Shown in pieces: positions 39,703 through 50,930 of a stretch of 64,000 bases of DNA. Origin of the DNA: Podarcis pityusensis (taxonomy: Eukaryota); assembly GCA_964106645.2 (NCBI GenBank), contig OZ067038.1; one strand, 5' to 3'. The notes below the pieces were generated by a model. That model was not told where the DNA came from. It worked only from the letters and a program-made list of their open reading frames with translations, and searched no databases. Position 1 is the first letter of the stretch, and each line of letters starts with the position of its first letter. The translations under genes and the position numbers were made by a program.

Positions 39703-40083
39703 CTGTCGAAGAATTGATGCTTTTGAATTATGGTGCTGGAGGAGACTCTTGAGAGTCCCATGGACTGCAAAAAGATCAAACCTATCCATTCTGAAGGAAA
39801 TCAGCCCTGAGTGCTCACTGGAAGGACAGATCGTGAAGCTGAGGCTCCAATACTTTGGCCACCTCATGAGAAGAGAAGACTTCCCGGAAAAGACCCTGAT
39901 GTTGGGAAAGATGGAGGGCGCAAGGAGAAGGGGACGACAGAGGACGAGATGGTTGGACAGTGTTCTCGAAGCTACCAGCACGAGTTTGACCAAACTGTGG
40001 GAGGCAGTGGAAGACAGGAGTGCCTGGTGTGCTCTGGTCCATGGGGTCACGAAGAGTCGGACACAACTAAACAACAACAACAA
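39703..40083 (+). mobile_element. BovB (RTE-clade LINE) 3' fragment
   Basis: RRIDAFELWCWRRLLRVPWTAKRSNLSILKEISPECSLEGQIVKLRLQYFGHLMRRED...VHGVTKSRT, (CAA)n tail, candidate TSD CAAATAATAA (39693-39702 / 40084-40093). Confidence 0.9.
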
Positions 40084-40459
40084 CAAATAATAATAATTAA
40101 AAAGTTTACACTTATCAGTTAGAATAAAGAATTACTAATCAATAATAAAAATAACAGCAAATCACAATGCATAAAATACCACAAAACATACAAAATCATG
40201 TAAAAGAGTCACGTTGCGAAACAAGAACACACAAACTGTAAAATTATTATTTTTAAGTATCCCTGAACTCCTCCCTTCCGAGCTGCTTCTGCTCTTCTCA
40301 AAGTCATGGTCTGGGAAAGGCTCCCAGGGCTGGAGGGTGGGGCAAGACAGGTGGAAAAGCCATTGCCTACAGAAAGTCTCCCTCCCCTCAGTTCTTATAA
40401 AGATGTCTGAAAATGAAACGTAAAGGCTGGCAACATCAGCCCCACCAATGTGGAAATGC

Positions 40460-40700
40460 CTTGCAGACGACTGCAGTCATGTTGTGTATCCCCAGCAGTG
40501 ACCGGAGGAGGAATGACTGCTGGGAGGAGTGCAGACAGAAGAAACACTATGGTACATCAGCAGCACAACTGGACATGTTCATTGCTCCAACTGCAATAAA
40601 TTATGTCTCTTCCACCTCAGTCTCTACAGCCACAGCAGGCGCTGTAACTGCCCAGTGGTTTCACTTCATCCCCAAAGGCGCACTTCTCCATTGTCTCCTA
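40460..40700 (+). mobile_element. Degenerate RTE-clade LINE 3' end (not BovB)
   Basis: C-terminal zinc-finger-like CSNCNKLCLFHLSLYSHSRRC followed by short 3' tail; boundaries approximate. Confidence 0.55.
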
Positions 40701-43176
40701 AGCCAGGCAGGTGTCAGCAACTTCCTGTGTTGAAATCTACCAATCACCCATGTTAAGAATTATCTACCATGAAATGTTTCTACCTACTGATGTTTCATTA
40801 ATGCTGACTCTTATGTCCTGACTGTCAGGATGGATGGTCTCATATAATATGATGAGTTTATCAATTAGGTTCAGCTGTATGATTTGAAGATTAATTGCCA
40901 GCCACCTGCCATTGCACTTAAGCATTCAACACTATATGGGTTTTAATAGTCTATTTCATTCTATTAAGGGACATTTTTTCAAATCCTTTGTGATTTTGTA
41001 GATCTGAAAGCAGAATCCTGCTCACAGCTTGATACTGCCATACTCTATTAATTTTAATCTGTCATAGTTTTGCTGTATATTTTAATTGTATTAAATTAAA
41101 AGTGCTCTTACACTGCTGGTCTGGAGAGGAAAAAAAACCCTTCTTCAAGGTTAAATGGAAAGACTTGTCTTTGTGTAAGCTCCACCCTTCAAGGTGATAA
41201 GCAGAGATGTACAATAATTATATTACCATGGCTAAAAATAATTTCTGAAGTAGTGATCATACCAGGCAATCATTCAAAGGCGACAGGGCTCTGTTGTATG
41301 ATCTCATTTTGCAAAATTCCAGCTGCTCTTATTTATTTATAGTATTATTTGTGTACCTCCAAATAGCTTTGCTGTGAAATTTGCAAGTAAAAGTCACTTT
41401 GTGATATTGATTCAAAGCAATGCGATTTAGTGAGATTTTCCATTTAAGATTTTTAGAGAAAAATGTGGATTCACACAATCATGGGATTTTATCTCTTGCA
41501 TATGTTTATTATTTCATCAATATGTAATTGGGCCCATCTTTGGGCCCATGGTTCAAAACTTCATAAACACACACAGCATAGTATCCGGGGCTGCACAACC
41601 TTTTAACCCTTCCCCCTTGATAAAATACAGCACTTACATTATTATTCACCAATGCAGAATACATTTGCATGTATATAAAGCTTGATACTGAATTCCTGGG
41701 AAACGATTTGTACAAGGGGAGAAATTCAACATTTTCTCCTGATTTTCCCATTCTGTGATGGAGACAGGCATGCAGAGAATAACATGCTAATCATGATGTC
41801 CTGTGAGTGAGGCAATTTTTTCAAAACAAGGAAACAGCAGGGCAGATTTAGTAATTTTGAAGTCGATGCACAGGTCTCCTTGGGAACAGTACGGCCTCTT
41901 CTTCACATCCTCCCACCTGCCCTCCTTTTGTGCCCGCTCTGAGTTCTATTCCTTTTAATATAAACTTGAAAGATTAGGAACTGACTCTCAAAATAGTATT
42001 AGCTTGAGCATGAGATGGTTTAATGTCATCTTTCATTAATTTTCATAGTGACTTCAGTTCAGATAAAAATATAGAAATGATTTAGTTCAGAACAAAGAGG
42101 ACAAGATAATTGCTTGAGAATTTTATGCTGTGATCACACATGCAACCAGGAGATATATCCTGGCTCTAGCTGCACATTTGGCATACACAATGCAGAAGGC
42201 ATTTGTGCAAACAGGATGGTGGATGGCAGGTGGGCCTGTGGGGGAGGGAGAGGTGATTGTCCAGCTGGAGTAGGACCTGAAGTGACCTTCATCCCACCCA
42301 CCCTCCTCCTGGAATATGAGAAACTTTGAATAATTCCCCCCCCCCAAAAAAACACACACACAAGTGAGCTGTTTAAACTAGCACCTACAGAACTTTGAGG
42401 TCTGTTGTATTGTATGTTTAGCTGCCCCCAAATATGGGGAATGTGGCTTAGGGATCCTGTCCTATTTAAATATGAATATCTATTCTATTATTGTATCCGA
42501 TGTTGCCTAGGAATTCTAAGAGTTTGTAAAGTTTTAAAAGATTCAACCTGCCGTCTTGATAGCCATTGTAGCCACACAGAGACGAAAGTCTGCTCCCTGA
42601 TTTCAGGAACCATCCTGTAAAATTTGGATATGATATCTGAAGAGATGTCGGAATGCAGGGCAGAAAAACATTATCATCTGGAGGACCATAGGTTCCCTAC
42701 CCCTGCTACCAAGCAGGGCTAACTCAAAATATTTTGTTGCCTAAGGTAAAGAGCAAGAGCATTATAGTTTATCTACAAAAATCAACAGAACTTGCAGCTG
42801 AATCCTAGGCCCTATCTATACTATACATTTAAAGCAGAGCCAAACCACAGAGCTTCAATTACAGTTTATTACTATTACTACTATTATTACTATTACTATG
42901 ACATGCTGCCAATCTGATTGGGTTGCCCCAGCCACTCTAAATTCCATAGGGAGAATTCCGACAATTGTAGCCTGTGAGGGCAATAGGAGTTTCCTAACAA
43001 CCTTCAGCACCCTCAACAACAAGCTACAGTTCCCAACAGTCTTTCGTGGGGGCTCTGACTGAGCCCATGGCAGCCACAGCAGGCCCCAGCGGAATGTTGG
43101 GCGGAATCTAGCACACCTGGGGGGAAGCCAGGATTGTTCAAAGTGGTGTGATACTATTTTAAATGTGTACTACAGA

Positions 43177-43432
43177 CAGCGGCGGCCTCTGAGGAGTCTG
43201 CCTGCCTCCTCCCACTCGGCTACCCTACAGCTGAGGGGGAGGCAACGCGCGGACTGTTTGGGGCAGCGCGGAGCCTGTGGGCGCTCAAGCCACTGCGTTA
43301 CTCCCAGGAGAGACACGTGGCTCAGGTGCGCTGCAGGCCCCGTGGTAAGTGCTGTCCACCATTTTGTCACTCCCCTCAGTGGGGACACCTGGGGCAGGCT
43401 GCACCTACAGCACCCCCATTGCTATGCCCCTG
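43177..43432 (-). mobile_element. Non-autonomous hAT element
   Basis: Exact 8-bp TSD ACTACAGA (43169-43176, 43433-43440); interior is the reverse complement of 61166-61530. Confidence 0.8.
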
Positions 43433-43766
43433 ACTACAGATTGTAGTCTCCTTTGCTTCACCCAGCGGCATAGGAGGCCGATGATTGATCACACGGCAAT
43501 TATACCTTATCCTTCAGCACTTCACAGCTGCTGCCAGCGGGTTGTGCCCCACTCTGCCTAAAGCTAAGGCTCTCCTTACACAAGTACCTGAAGGAGCACC
43601 TACTCTCATTTCAATGTGCCCATCAGCTAAGATCATCTCCAAGTGCTTCCTCTAACAGAGGTGCAACAGATGTCAACTGCTGGGTGACTCAATTAAGGAA
43701 AGTTGTGTCCAAGGAGGCTTGCCTGACCCAAACCACGGTGTCTTTTAGGCATCAGGCAGAATTTTT

Positions 43767-44214
43767 TCATGGAACTTTGAAGTGTCAGGCATAGCCCTAC
43801 TGGCTTTAGCCCAAACGTAGCAGAGTTTTCCTGCACAGCGAAGAAGCTAGTTGCGGCGGTAATGACTAGTCAGCTAGACTCAGAATAACTATTTACAGGA
43901 TTTATTAAAAGGAAAAATAAAACCAGCAGAGTTTCTGCATACAAAACAAAGCAAATAAATCCTTTCTTTCTCTCTCTCTCTCATAACCATACACAGCACT
44001 TCGAACTCCTTCTCCTAACACACCTCACACCAAACTGTGCTAGCATTCCCAGATAACAGAGTTGAGTGCTGGTCGTTAACCAATCAGAGTAAGTAGTTTC
44101 TAGGCCAAGCAGACCTGGGCTTTCTGCCAAGAGTAAATTGACACTGCCTTGAGTTAATTGTGTGAAGCCAGAATCTGCAAGTTCCCATGAGAATCAATTA
44201 ACAGAAACTGAACA
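43767..44214 (-). repeat. Copia 3' LTR
   Basis: Direct repeat of 48489-48936; AATAAA on element strand at 43901-43906; preceded on element strand by PPT GAGGGGG (44215-44221). Confidence 0.95.
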
Positions 44215-44268
44215 CCCCCTCACAGATTCTGCTGGACAATTAACATCAAAAAACACCTATGTAGGAGA

Positions 44269-47200
44269 TTATTTTTCCAGCAAACCTAAACCCTTGCACA
44301 TTTGCTTGTTCTTTATCTTTGCCAATGGTTTAGTTAATACATCTGCTACATTTTCTTCACTTGATACATAAGTACATGTGATTATATTGTCTTGTACACA
44401 GCAACGTACATTTTGGTATTTTACAGAGATATGTTTGGAACGTGATTTGAAACCTTCTGTTTTACTTAAGGTTATACAAGCTTGATTATCAATGTAAACT
44501 CGTACTGGTTCTCCACAATTTACATTTAAATCTGCTAACAAATGCTTGAAATAAATCACCTCGTTGCACAATTCACTCAATGCGGCGTACTCCGATTCCG
44601 TTGATGACACACTTACAACGTCTTGCTTGCGTGACCGCCAGCTGATTAAAGCTCCACCGACCATTATGACTAGTCCTGTGACAGATTTTCTATCTGGCAA
44701 ATTTCCCCAGTCACTATCACAGTAGCAACTCAACATTTCGTCCTCAGAAGAATTTAATTGTAACATATAGCCAATTGTCTGTTTGAGGTATCTCAGAACT
44801 TGTTTTACCCCTTTCCAGGCATTTAGTGTGGGTTTTGAGACCAATCTACTTAATATGCCTACTGCGTAGCTAATATCAGGTCTGGACCACTGTGCTAGAT
44901 ACAATAAACTTCCAATTACAGAATGATATACATCAGGATGTTCAAATTCAGGACTCTCATCTATATGAAGTGTTTTTATGAAACCTGGATCCATAGGCAC
45001 CACTGCCCCTTTGCAATCCTGCATCCTGTATGTAGTCAGTAGTTGTTTAACTTTGTTCTGCTGACTAATTAGGCAGCTGCCATCTTGGGCCCAGCACACT
45101 TCCAACCCTAGATATGTCCTAACCGGGCCTAAGTCTTTCACTTTGAACTTACTGGACAATTGCTTGGCAAACCTTTTAGTTTGTTTATCTGTTTTGCAGG
45201 CATACAATACATCATCTACATAAATCAGACAAAACTCTTGATCACTGCCTGTACCACGTACATAAACACAATTGTCAGCTGTACTCTGCTTGAAACCAAA
45301 TGACACTAAGGCCTCATGGAAACATTTGTTCCAAGATCTTGCAGCCTGTTTGAGACCATATAGAGCTTTGTTTAATTTTAACACTCTATTGGAACCTGTC
45401 TCATAACCAGGCGGTTCGGCTAGATACAGGTCTTCTGATATTGATGCATGTAAATATGCAGTCTGGATATCAAAATGGTTTAACAGGAGTTTTCTCTTTG
45501 CTCCAAGCGTTAGAATCAGCCTTACACTGTCCCCCTTAGCAGTAGGGGAAAAAGTTTCGTCATAATCTTTTCCAGGCCTCTGAGAATATCCTTGAGCCAC
45601 TAAACGAGCTTTGTATTTGTACTTTCCTGTCACCAGAGGTTTAAGTTTGTACACCCACCTGCAGCCTACAATCTTTGCCCCCTCAGGCGCTGCTACTGGT
45701 GTAAAAACCTTGTGCTCATTCAGAGAGGACATCTCTTCCTCCATTGCCTGTTTCCAGAGCTCTGCCTCCTCTTTTGGTAACTTTAACACCTCCTGAAAAC
45801 TCTTGGGTTCTGCAATTACACTAAACACATTTGCAGTATCTGGAGAAAAACGCACCGGAGGCACTCCTTTGTTTTGTCTTTTAGATCTTCTGGGAGAAAA
45901 TTTTTCTTCTGACCCACTTTCCTCCTCAGAACTACGACCTCTCTTTTGTTGCTTAGCAACTGGTCTTTGGCTAATTCCACTTTCTTGAGAGCTCTTATCT
46001 GAACTTTCCTCCCCCTCAGACTCTGATTCTCTGTGTCTACCTTCAGAGTCAAGGAGCTCGTGGGAAGGTTCAAACCAAACCTCAGTATTGGCATGTAGTC
46101 TCTCCCAGCCACTATGTTCACAAAAACTGGCATTCCTGGAGATCACAATGCCATTTGTCCCTTCAGCAAAGCGGAAACCTTTTCCCAGCTCTTGGTAACC
46201 CACAAACACTAACTGTCTGGTCTTAGGATCACCCTTTTTCCTCATTTGTTTCGGAATTAACACCCAGGCTTTTGATCCAAACACATGCAAATGGTCAATT
46301 TTAGGTTTTTTCTGAAACAATTTAAAGTACGGGGTTGTACCTATTGTTTGATGAAAGAGCCTATTTTGGAGATAACACGCGGTGAGCATACTCTCCCCCC
46401 AATAAGACATGGGCAAATCAGCATCATCAAGCATGGCAAACATCATATCTTGTAATGATCTGTTTTTTCGCTCTGCAACGCCATTCTCCTCTGGGGAAAA
46501 AACGTTCGTTTTCCTATGCCCAATGCCACGCTTTTGTAACCAATCTCTAAAAGCATTTGACATAAATTCGCCACCTCTGTCCGTCTGAATCCTTCTGAGT
46601 TTAATGGACAGCAATCTTTCCACAGATGCCACCCAGCCTTTAAACTTAGTGAACACGTCACCCTTATTCTTCATGGGGAAAACCCAAGAGTAACGTGTGG
46701 CGTCATCCACAATTGTTAGTGAAAAACGCGCTCCACCCCTGCTTACAGCAAATGGACCAATTACGTCCATGTGAACCAGCTGTAGCGGTGACTCACTAAC
46801 TCTGTCACTTCTGGGGTAAGAGACTCTGTGTGTTTTAACCTTTTTACAGACATTACAATCAAGGTACTTGTTACAACTCTTTAAATTACCCCCATCAGCC
46901 AATTCAGACATTTTTAGTACACTCTTCCAGCAAGCATGCCCCATTTTCCTATGCAATAAGTGCACACAGTTGTCATGTATAGCTTTGTTATTCACTGCAG
47001 GCTGAGATTTACTGACTACTGCTGCAACTTGAGATCCTGCTTTAAGCCAAAACAAGCCTCCCTCTGACTTAGCAGTGCCTAAAATCTCACCAGCCTTCTT
47101 AATAATGCAACTGTCTCTTTCAAAATACACTTTAAACCCAGCTTTTAGCAAACAATCTACAGACATCAGATTGCTCCTTAATGACGGCACACAAAGTACA

Positions 47201-48231
47201 TTTTGCAGGCATTCACGAAGACAAGGAACAAAAACTGCACCCCCCGAAATCACTTCGGAAGTACTTCCGTCTGCTAGAGCCACCTGGCTGCGCTGTGCTG
47301 AGTTCCTGGAAACAAACAATTCATCTGAATTTACGATGTGCCGAGACGCTCCCGAATCGACCACCCAGACAGCTTGTTTCTCATCAGCAATCTTGACCTC
47401 GGCGGTCACCAGCTGAGCCGACTGTTTTTGTTTGAAGAATTTCTTTTTACGCTGCTGCTGCTGCTGATCTCGTCTCTGCTCCTGCACCGGCAACTGAGAC
47501 TTGACCAACTCCGGACATTGTCGTTTTAGATGCGCTGAAGACCCACATCGGAAACAACGCCTAACAGCAAACGCTGACTCCTCACCAGTACACTGCTTTT
47601 GCTTCACCTCTGGCACGGCATGAGAACTCCTTCCAAACCGCCCGCCAGTAGAAGTCTCTGCAGCCAACGACCTTTCTTGCCTCTTCTGCCATTCTTCAAT
47701 CAAACGCCCAGTAACGTAACTGACTGATAAATCACGCTCCTGTATGCCTTCTAGAGACAAAACTAAATTATCCCAGCTTTCCGGGAGAGAACTCAAAATA
47801 ATAGCCACCTTCTCCTGCTGGTCTAACGCACAGTCTCTTTCCTGTAGCGCAGCGAACTTTAACTGTAAACTGTGTAGGTGTTCCTGCATTGTAACCCCAG
47901 GCTGTAACATTGCCTTGTACAATGCCTTACGAATGAACAGCTTGGAAACCGCTGTCTCACGCACATGGAGTTCTTTAAGTGCTTGCCACACACCTCTAGC
48001 TGTCTTGATTCCCCTCACATACGGCAACTGGGAATCTTCCAGCCCCAAGACAATTGTGGCCCTTGCTCTTTGGTCTTTATCGAGGTCTTCATCATCAGGC
48101 TTCGCAGGAAACTTACTCACCACTTGCCAGAGACGATCCCTCTGCAGCACTGCCTGCATGCGTTCCGACCACAGCAAGTAATTGGAGTCATTCAGACGCT
48201 CAAAAACCATCTGAACTGGTTGTGAGGCCAT
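44269..48231 (-). CDS. Copia gag-pol polyprotein (1320 aa)
   Basis: Zn knuckle CFRCGSSAHLKRQC; protease WVVDSGASRH; IN HRKMGH..CNVC, DVIGP, TDRGGEF, ENGVAERKNR; RT YKARLVAQG, DIQTAYL, LYGLKQA, YVDD; RNase H CDSDW, ESEY, DNQA, ADVLTK; IN precedes RT (copia order). Confidence 0.97.
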   Translation of the reverse strand: MASQPVQMVFERLNDSNYLLWSERMQAVLQRDRLWQVVSKFPAKPDDEDLDKDQRARATIVLGLEDSQLPYVRGIKTARGVWQALKELHVRETAVSKLFIRKALYKAMLQPGVTMQEHLHSLQLKFAALQERDCALDQQEKVAIILSSLPESWDNLVLSLEGIQERDLSVSYVTGRLIEEWQKRQERSLAAETSTGGRFGRSSHAVPEVKQKQCTGEESAFAVRRCFRCGSSAHLKRQCPELVKSQLPVQEQRRDQQQQQRKKKFFKQKQSAQLVTAEVKIADEKQAVWVVDSGASRHIVNSDELFVSRNSAQRSQVALADGSTSEVISGGAVFVPCLRECLQNVLCVPSLRSNLMSVDCLLKAGFKVYFERDSCIIKKAGEILGTAKSEGGLFWLKAGSQVAAVVSKSQPAVNNKAIHDNCVHLLHRKMGHACWKSVLKMSELADGGNLKSCNKYLDCNVCKKVKTHRVSYPRSDRVSESPLQLVHMDVIGPFAVSRGGARFSLTIVDDATRYSWVFPMKNKGDVFTKFKGWVASVERLLSIKLRRIQTDRGGEFMSNAFRDWLQKRGIGHRKTNVFSPEENGVAERKNRSLQDMMFAMLDDADLPMSYWGESMLTACYLQNRLFHQTIGTTPYFKLFQKKPKIDHLHVFGSKAWVLIPKQMRKKGDPKTRQLVFVGYQELGKGFRFAEGTNGIVISRNASFCEHSGWERLHANTEVWFEPSHELLDSEGRHRESESEGEESSDKSSQESGISQRPVAKQQKRGRSSEEESGSEEKFSPRRSKRQNKGVPPVRFSPDTANVFSVIAEPKSFQEVLKLPKEEAELWKQAMEEEMSSLNEHKVFTPVAAPEGAKIVGCRWVYKLKPLVTGKYKYKARLVAQGYSQRPGKDYDETFSPTAKGDSVRLILTLGAKRKLLLNHFDIQTAYLHASISEDLYLAEPPGYETGSNRVLKLNKALYGLKQAARSWNKCFHEALVSFGFKQSTADNCVYVRGTGSDQEFCLIYVDDVLYACKTDKQTKRFAKQLSSKFKVKDLGPVRTYLGLEVCWAQDGSCLISQQNKVKQLLTTYRMQDCKGAVVPMDPGFIKTLHIDESPEFEHPDVYHSVIGSLLYLAQWSRPDISYAVGILSRLVSKPTLNAWKGVKQVLRYLKQTIGYMLQLNSSEDEMLSCYCDSDWGNLPDRKSVTGLVIMVGGALISWRSRKQDVVSVSSTESEYAALSELCNEVIYFKHLLADLNVNCGEPVRVYIDNQACITLSKTEGFKSRSKHISVKYQNVRCCVQDNIITCTYVSSEENVADVLTKPLAKIKNKQMCKGLGLLEK

Positions 48232-48478
48232 CTTGAGAGCGATGTCCCTGGAACCCGGAACCAGCTACTCACAACCACCGAGAGAGAAAACAGGAACCAC
48301 AGCACCCAGCACTCACACGCTGCAGCTGTTGTCCTTGTGTCCACTGCGTCACCAGCTCACCACAGTCAGGAACCAGCCAGTGTCCATCTGCTGCACCAAC
48401 AGGAACAACAACTTCTGGAACTACTGGAACCAACACCGTTGATGCTGACACCACCACAACTCAGGCTGGCAGCACAAT

Positions 48479-48488
48479 GCCCATAACC
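48479..48488 (-). promoter_or_regulatory. Primer-binding site complementary to the anticodon arm of initiator tRNA-Met
   Basis: GGTTATGGGC immediately after the 5' LTR; same type as Drosophila copia and Ty5 half-tRNA priming. Confidence 0.85.
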
Positions 48489-48936
48489 TCATGGAACTTT
48501 GAAGTGTCAGGCATAGCCCTACTGGCTTTAGCCCAAACGTAGCAGAGTTTTCCTGCACAGCGAAGAAGCTAGTTGCGGCGGTAATGACTAGTCAGCTAGA
48601 CTCAGAATAACTATTTACAGGATTTATTAAAAGGAAAAATAAAACCAGCAGAGTTTCTGCATACAAAACAAAGCAAATAAATCCTTTCTTTCTCTCTCTC
48701 TCTCATAACCATACACAGCACTTCGAACTCCTTCTCCTAACACACCTCACACCAAACTGTGCTAGCATTCCCAGATAACAGAGTTGAGTGCTGGTCGTTA
48801 ACCAATCAGAGTAAGTAGTTTCTAGGCCAAGCAGACCTGGGCTTTCTGCCAAGAGTAAATTGACACTGCCTTGAGTTAATTGTGTGAAGCCAGAATCTGC
48901 AAGTTCCCATGAGAATCAATTAACAGAAACTGAACA
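48489..48936 (-). repeat. Copia 5' LTR
   Basis: No differences from the 3' LTR on visual comparison; termini TG...GA on element strand. Confidence 0.95.
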
Positions 48937-49000
48937 TTTTTATTATCCCAGGAAGTTTAAGTTATGTTCTTTAGGCTTCCTATTTTTTACTTATTATGAT

Positions 49001-49042
<42 letters not shown>

Positions 49043-49073
49043 CAGCAGCAGCAGTAGCAGCAGTAGCAGTAGT
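49001..49073. repeat. (AGT)n/(AGC)n microsatellite
   Basis: Direct reading. Confidence 0.9.
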
Positions 49074-49844
49074 GGCAGAAGTGTGTTGTATTTTAATGCT
49101 ATGCTTGTTCTTTTATATTGTTGTAAAACTGCAAGGGAATCCATTTTGATGAAGGGGGTTGGTATAGAAATATTTCAAGTGAAATTTTAAAATGTGGTTG
49201 CTATGGATTTTTTTATCATGGCAATGCTCCTATTTGTGTTTGGTTTTAGTATGTGTTAAATTTGATTGATTGTAAGCTTATATTGTTCAGTTTTATGCTT
49301 CATAAGCTGTCATGTGGGCCTTTTAACATCATGCTGGCAGGCTAGAAAACAAAACCTGACAATCTACATATGCCAAGGATATGTAAGTGTAAGTCTCACA
49401 ATTAATGTATGATTGATTACTCAACGTTTCCTCTTAATTTTGGTTATAATGTTTGTTATCTGAATTGGTTTCTTTAACATATGGGCTTGTGTGTATGTGG
49501 AATTTATGTGCTTAAAACACAGGACCAGTTCTAGATTTAATAGCTATTCCTTTTAGCATCTTTAATTTAATTTAGCATCTATAATTAATTTCCCAATTTG
49601 CTTTTATTGCTACCTGCTCCTTCTTTTGGGAAGCTATGAAAAATATTTCTAGTTGATTAGCTTGTCTTGAACTCCAGAGGCCACCTGTCAGCAGTAGGAG
49701 CTAATGGAAAAGGTACCAACACAAGCCAGACTGAATTCGCACTAAATTCAAAGCCAAAAAGGCAGAGACTTTAAATCCCTCATGTCTTTTCCCTCCCCGC
49801 ACCCCACTGCGCTTGTTTCACGGTAACTTAACTTTCTTTTGATT

Positions 49845-49863
49845 TGGCCAGCAGAGGGGGCTA
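49845..49863 (+). promoter_or_regulatory. Candidate CTCF site
   Basis: TGGCCAGCAGAGGGGGCTA vs consensus TGGCCACCAGGGGGCGCTA (16/19; one core mismatch). Confidence 0.35.
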
Positions 49864-50930
49864 CTGTAATACATATCTGCCACTGCAGTCCCGCTGTGGG
49901 AAATGACATTAGCCATACAAAGACCATGAGTCATCTCTCCCCCTGACCTTGGTTCTAGAGTTAATCAGCACAGTGGGCTGACCCTTGGGTGTAAATCTGA
50001 ATGTGCAGTGTGATTTCAAATTATTTGTTGAAAGTCCTTTGCAGATTGCAGACCAGTTCCAAAGGTCTCGCTGAAAGAGGCATGTGTCAAAGCACACACT
50101 TAGCCCAGGACGGATCGGAATAAAGGGCAAATAAAGCTATGTTTCTGCAGCTTATTGAGGTTGAAGTTGTTAATTTCCCCACTGATTGTGCAAGGCTTTT
50201 CAAAAGGACAGGGAACAAAAATAAGCTGTGGCCCAGCTTGAGTTTCATGCAGAAATGAATGCAATTTCCCCAGATGCCCTTCTGAGAAACGTCAGCTTTT
50301 TCTTAATGGCTACTTCAGTGGGGAGGTAAGGTGACCATCCATCCTCCTTTACAGAGGACAATCCTCTATTGGAAAAGCTGTCTAGCTCAAGACTCATTGA
50401 AAGCTTAAATCACAAGAAGGGAGAACAGGGAGGCGTAGCCTTGTCCCATCTAGAGTTAGCACCTGGGCAGCAGAGAGTGAGCAGGTATGCACAAGTCACC
50501 TGTTCACAGTCTTCCCTGCTGCGGTGAGATGTATTGTCCTAGTTTCTAGATCTGTATCTACGCATGCAAATCGGAATGCACAAGTTTTATGCAGATCTCC
50601 TTTCCCACCAATAATGCATCTCCACTTTTGGGGTGATGGCCCTCTGTATTTTTCAGGTCCAGGAAAGCTTTGGCTTTCATACAGTAGCAAATGTCAATAA
50701 GATTACCTTTTTCTCTTTCCCGGTCCTGCCCCTGCCCCAGCTACCCCGATGCAACATTCTGCCCGCCTCCAAGGTCTTTCCATTCTAAGGAACATTTTGT
50801 ATCATAAAAACATAGTTTTTTCCTACTGTTTGAAAGCTGTTCACTCCTTTGAAAAGCTGCAGACAGAAGCTCTGCCCTGAAGACAGAAGGCTATGCACAT
50901 CTGTTCTGTGAGATGCTGCTGGTACTGAAT

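Larger units (their letters stand above)
43767..48936 (-). mobile_element. Full-length Ty1/copia LTR retrotransposon
   Basis: Two 448-bp LTRs, 5-bp TSD TTTTT (43762-43766, 48937-48941), PBS, PPT, single gag-PR-IN-RT-RH ORF. Confidence 0.97.

Noticed and set aside
39682-40122. Alternative-frame ORFs (e.g. MLLLLFSCVRLFVTPWT...)
   Set aside because: Antisense and alternate frames of BovB
45611-48442. Antisense ORFs within the copia element, possible env or accessory genes
   Set aside because: Shadows of the long ORF; only ~50 nt separate the pol stop from the PPT, leaving no room for env
48996-49190. Poly-Ser ORF (similarly poly-Asn/Leu ORFs at 52.7-54.4 kb and the SL repeat at 63.3 kb)
   Set aside because: Translations of microsatellites
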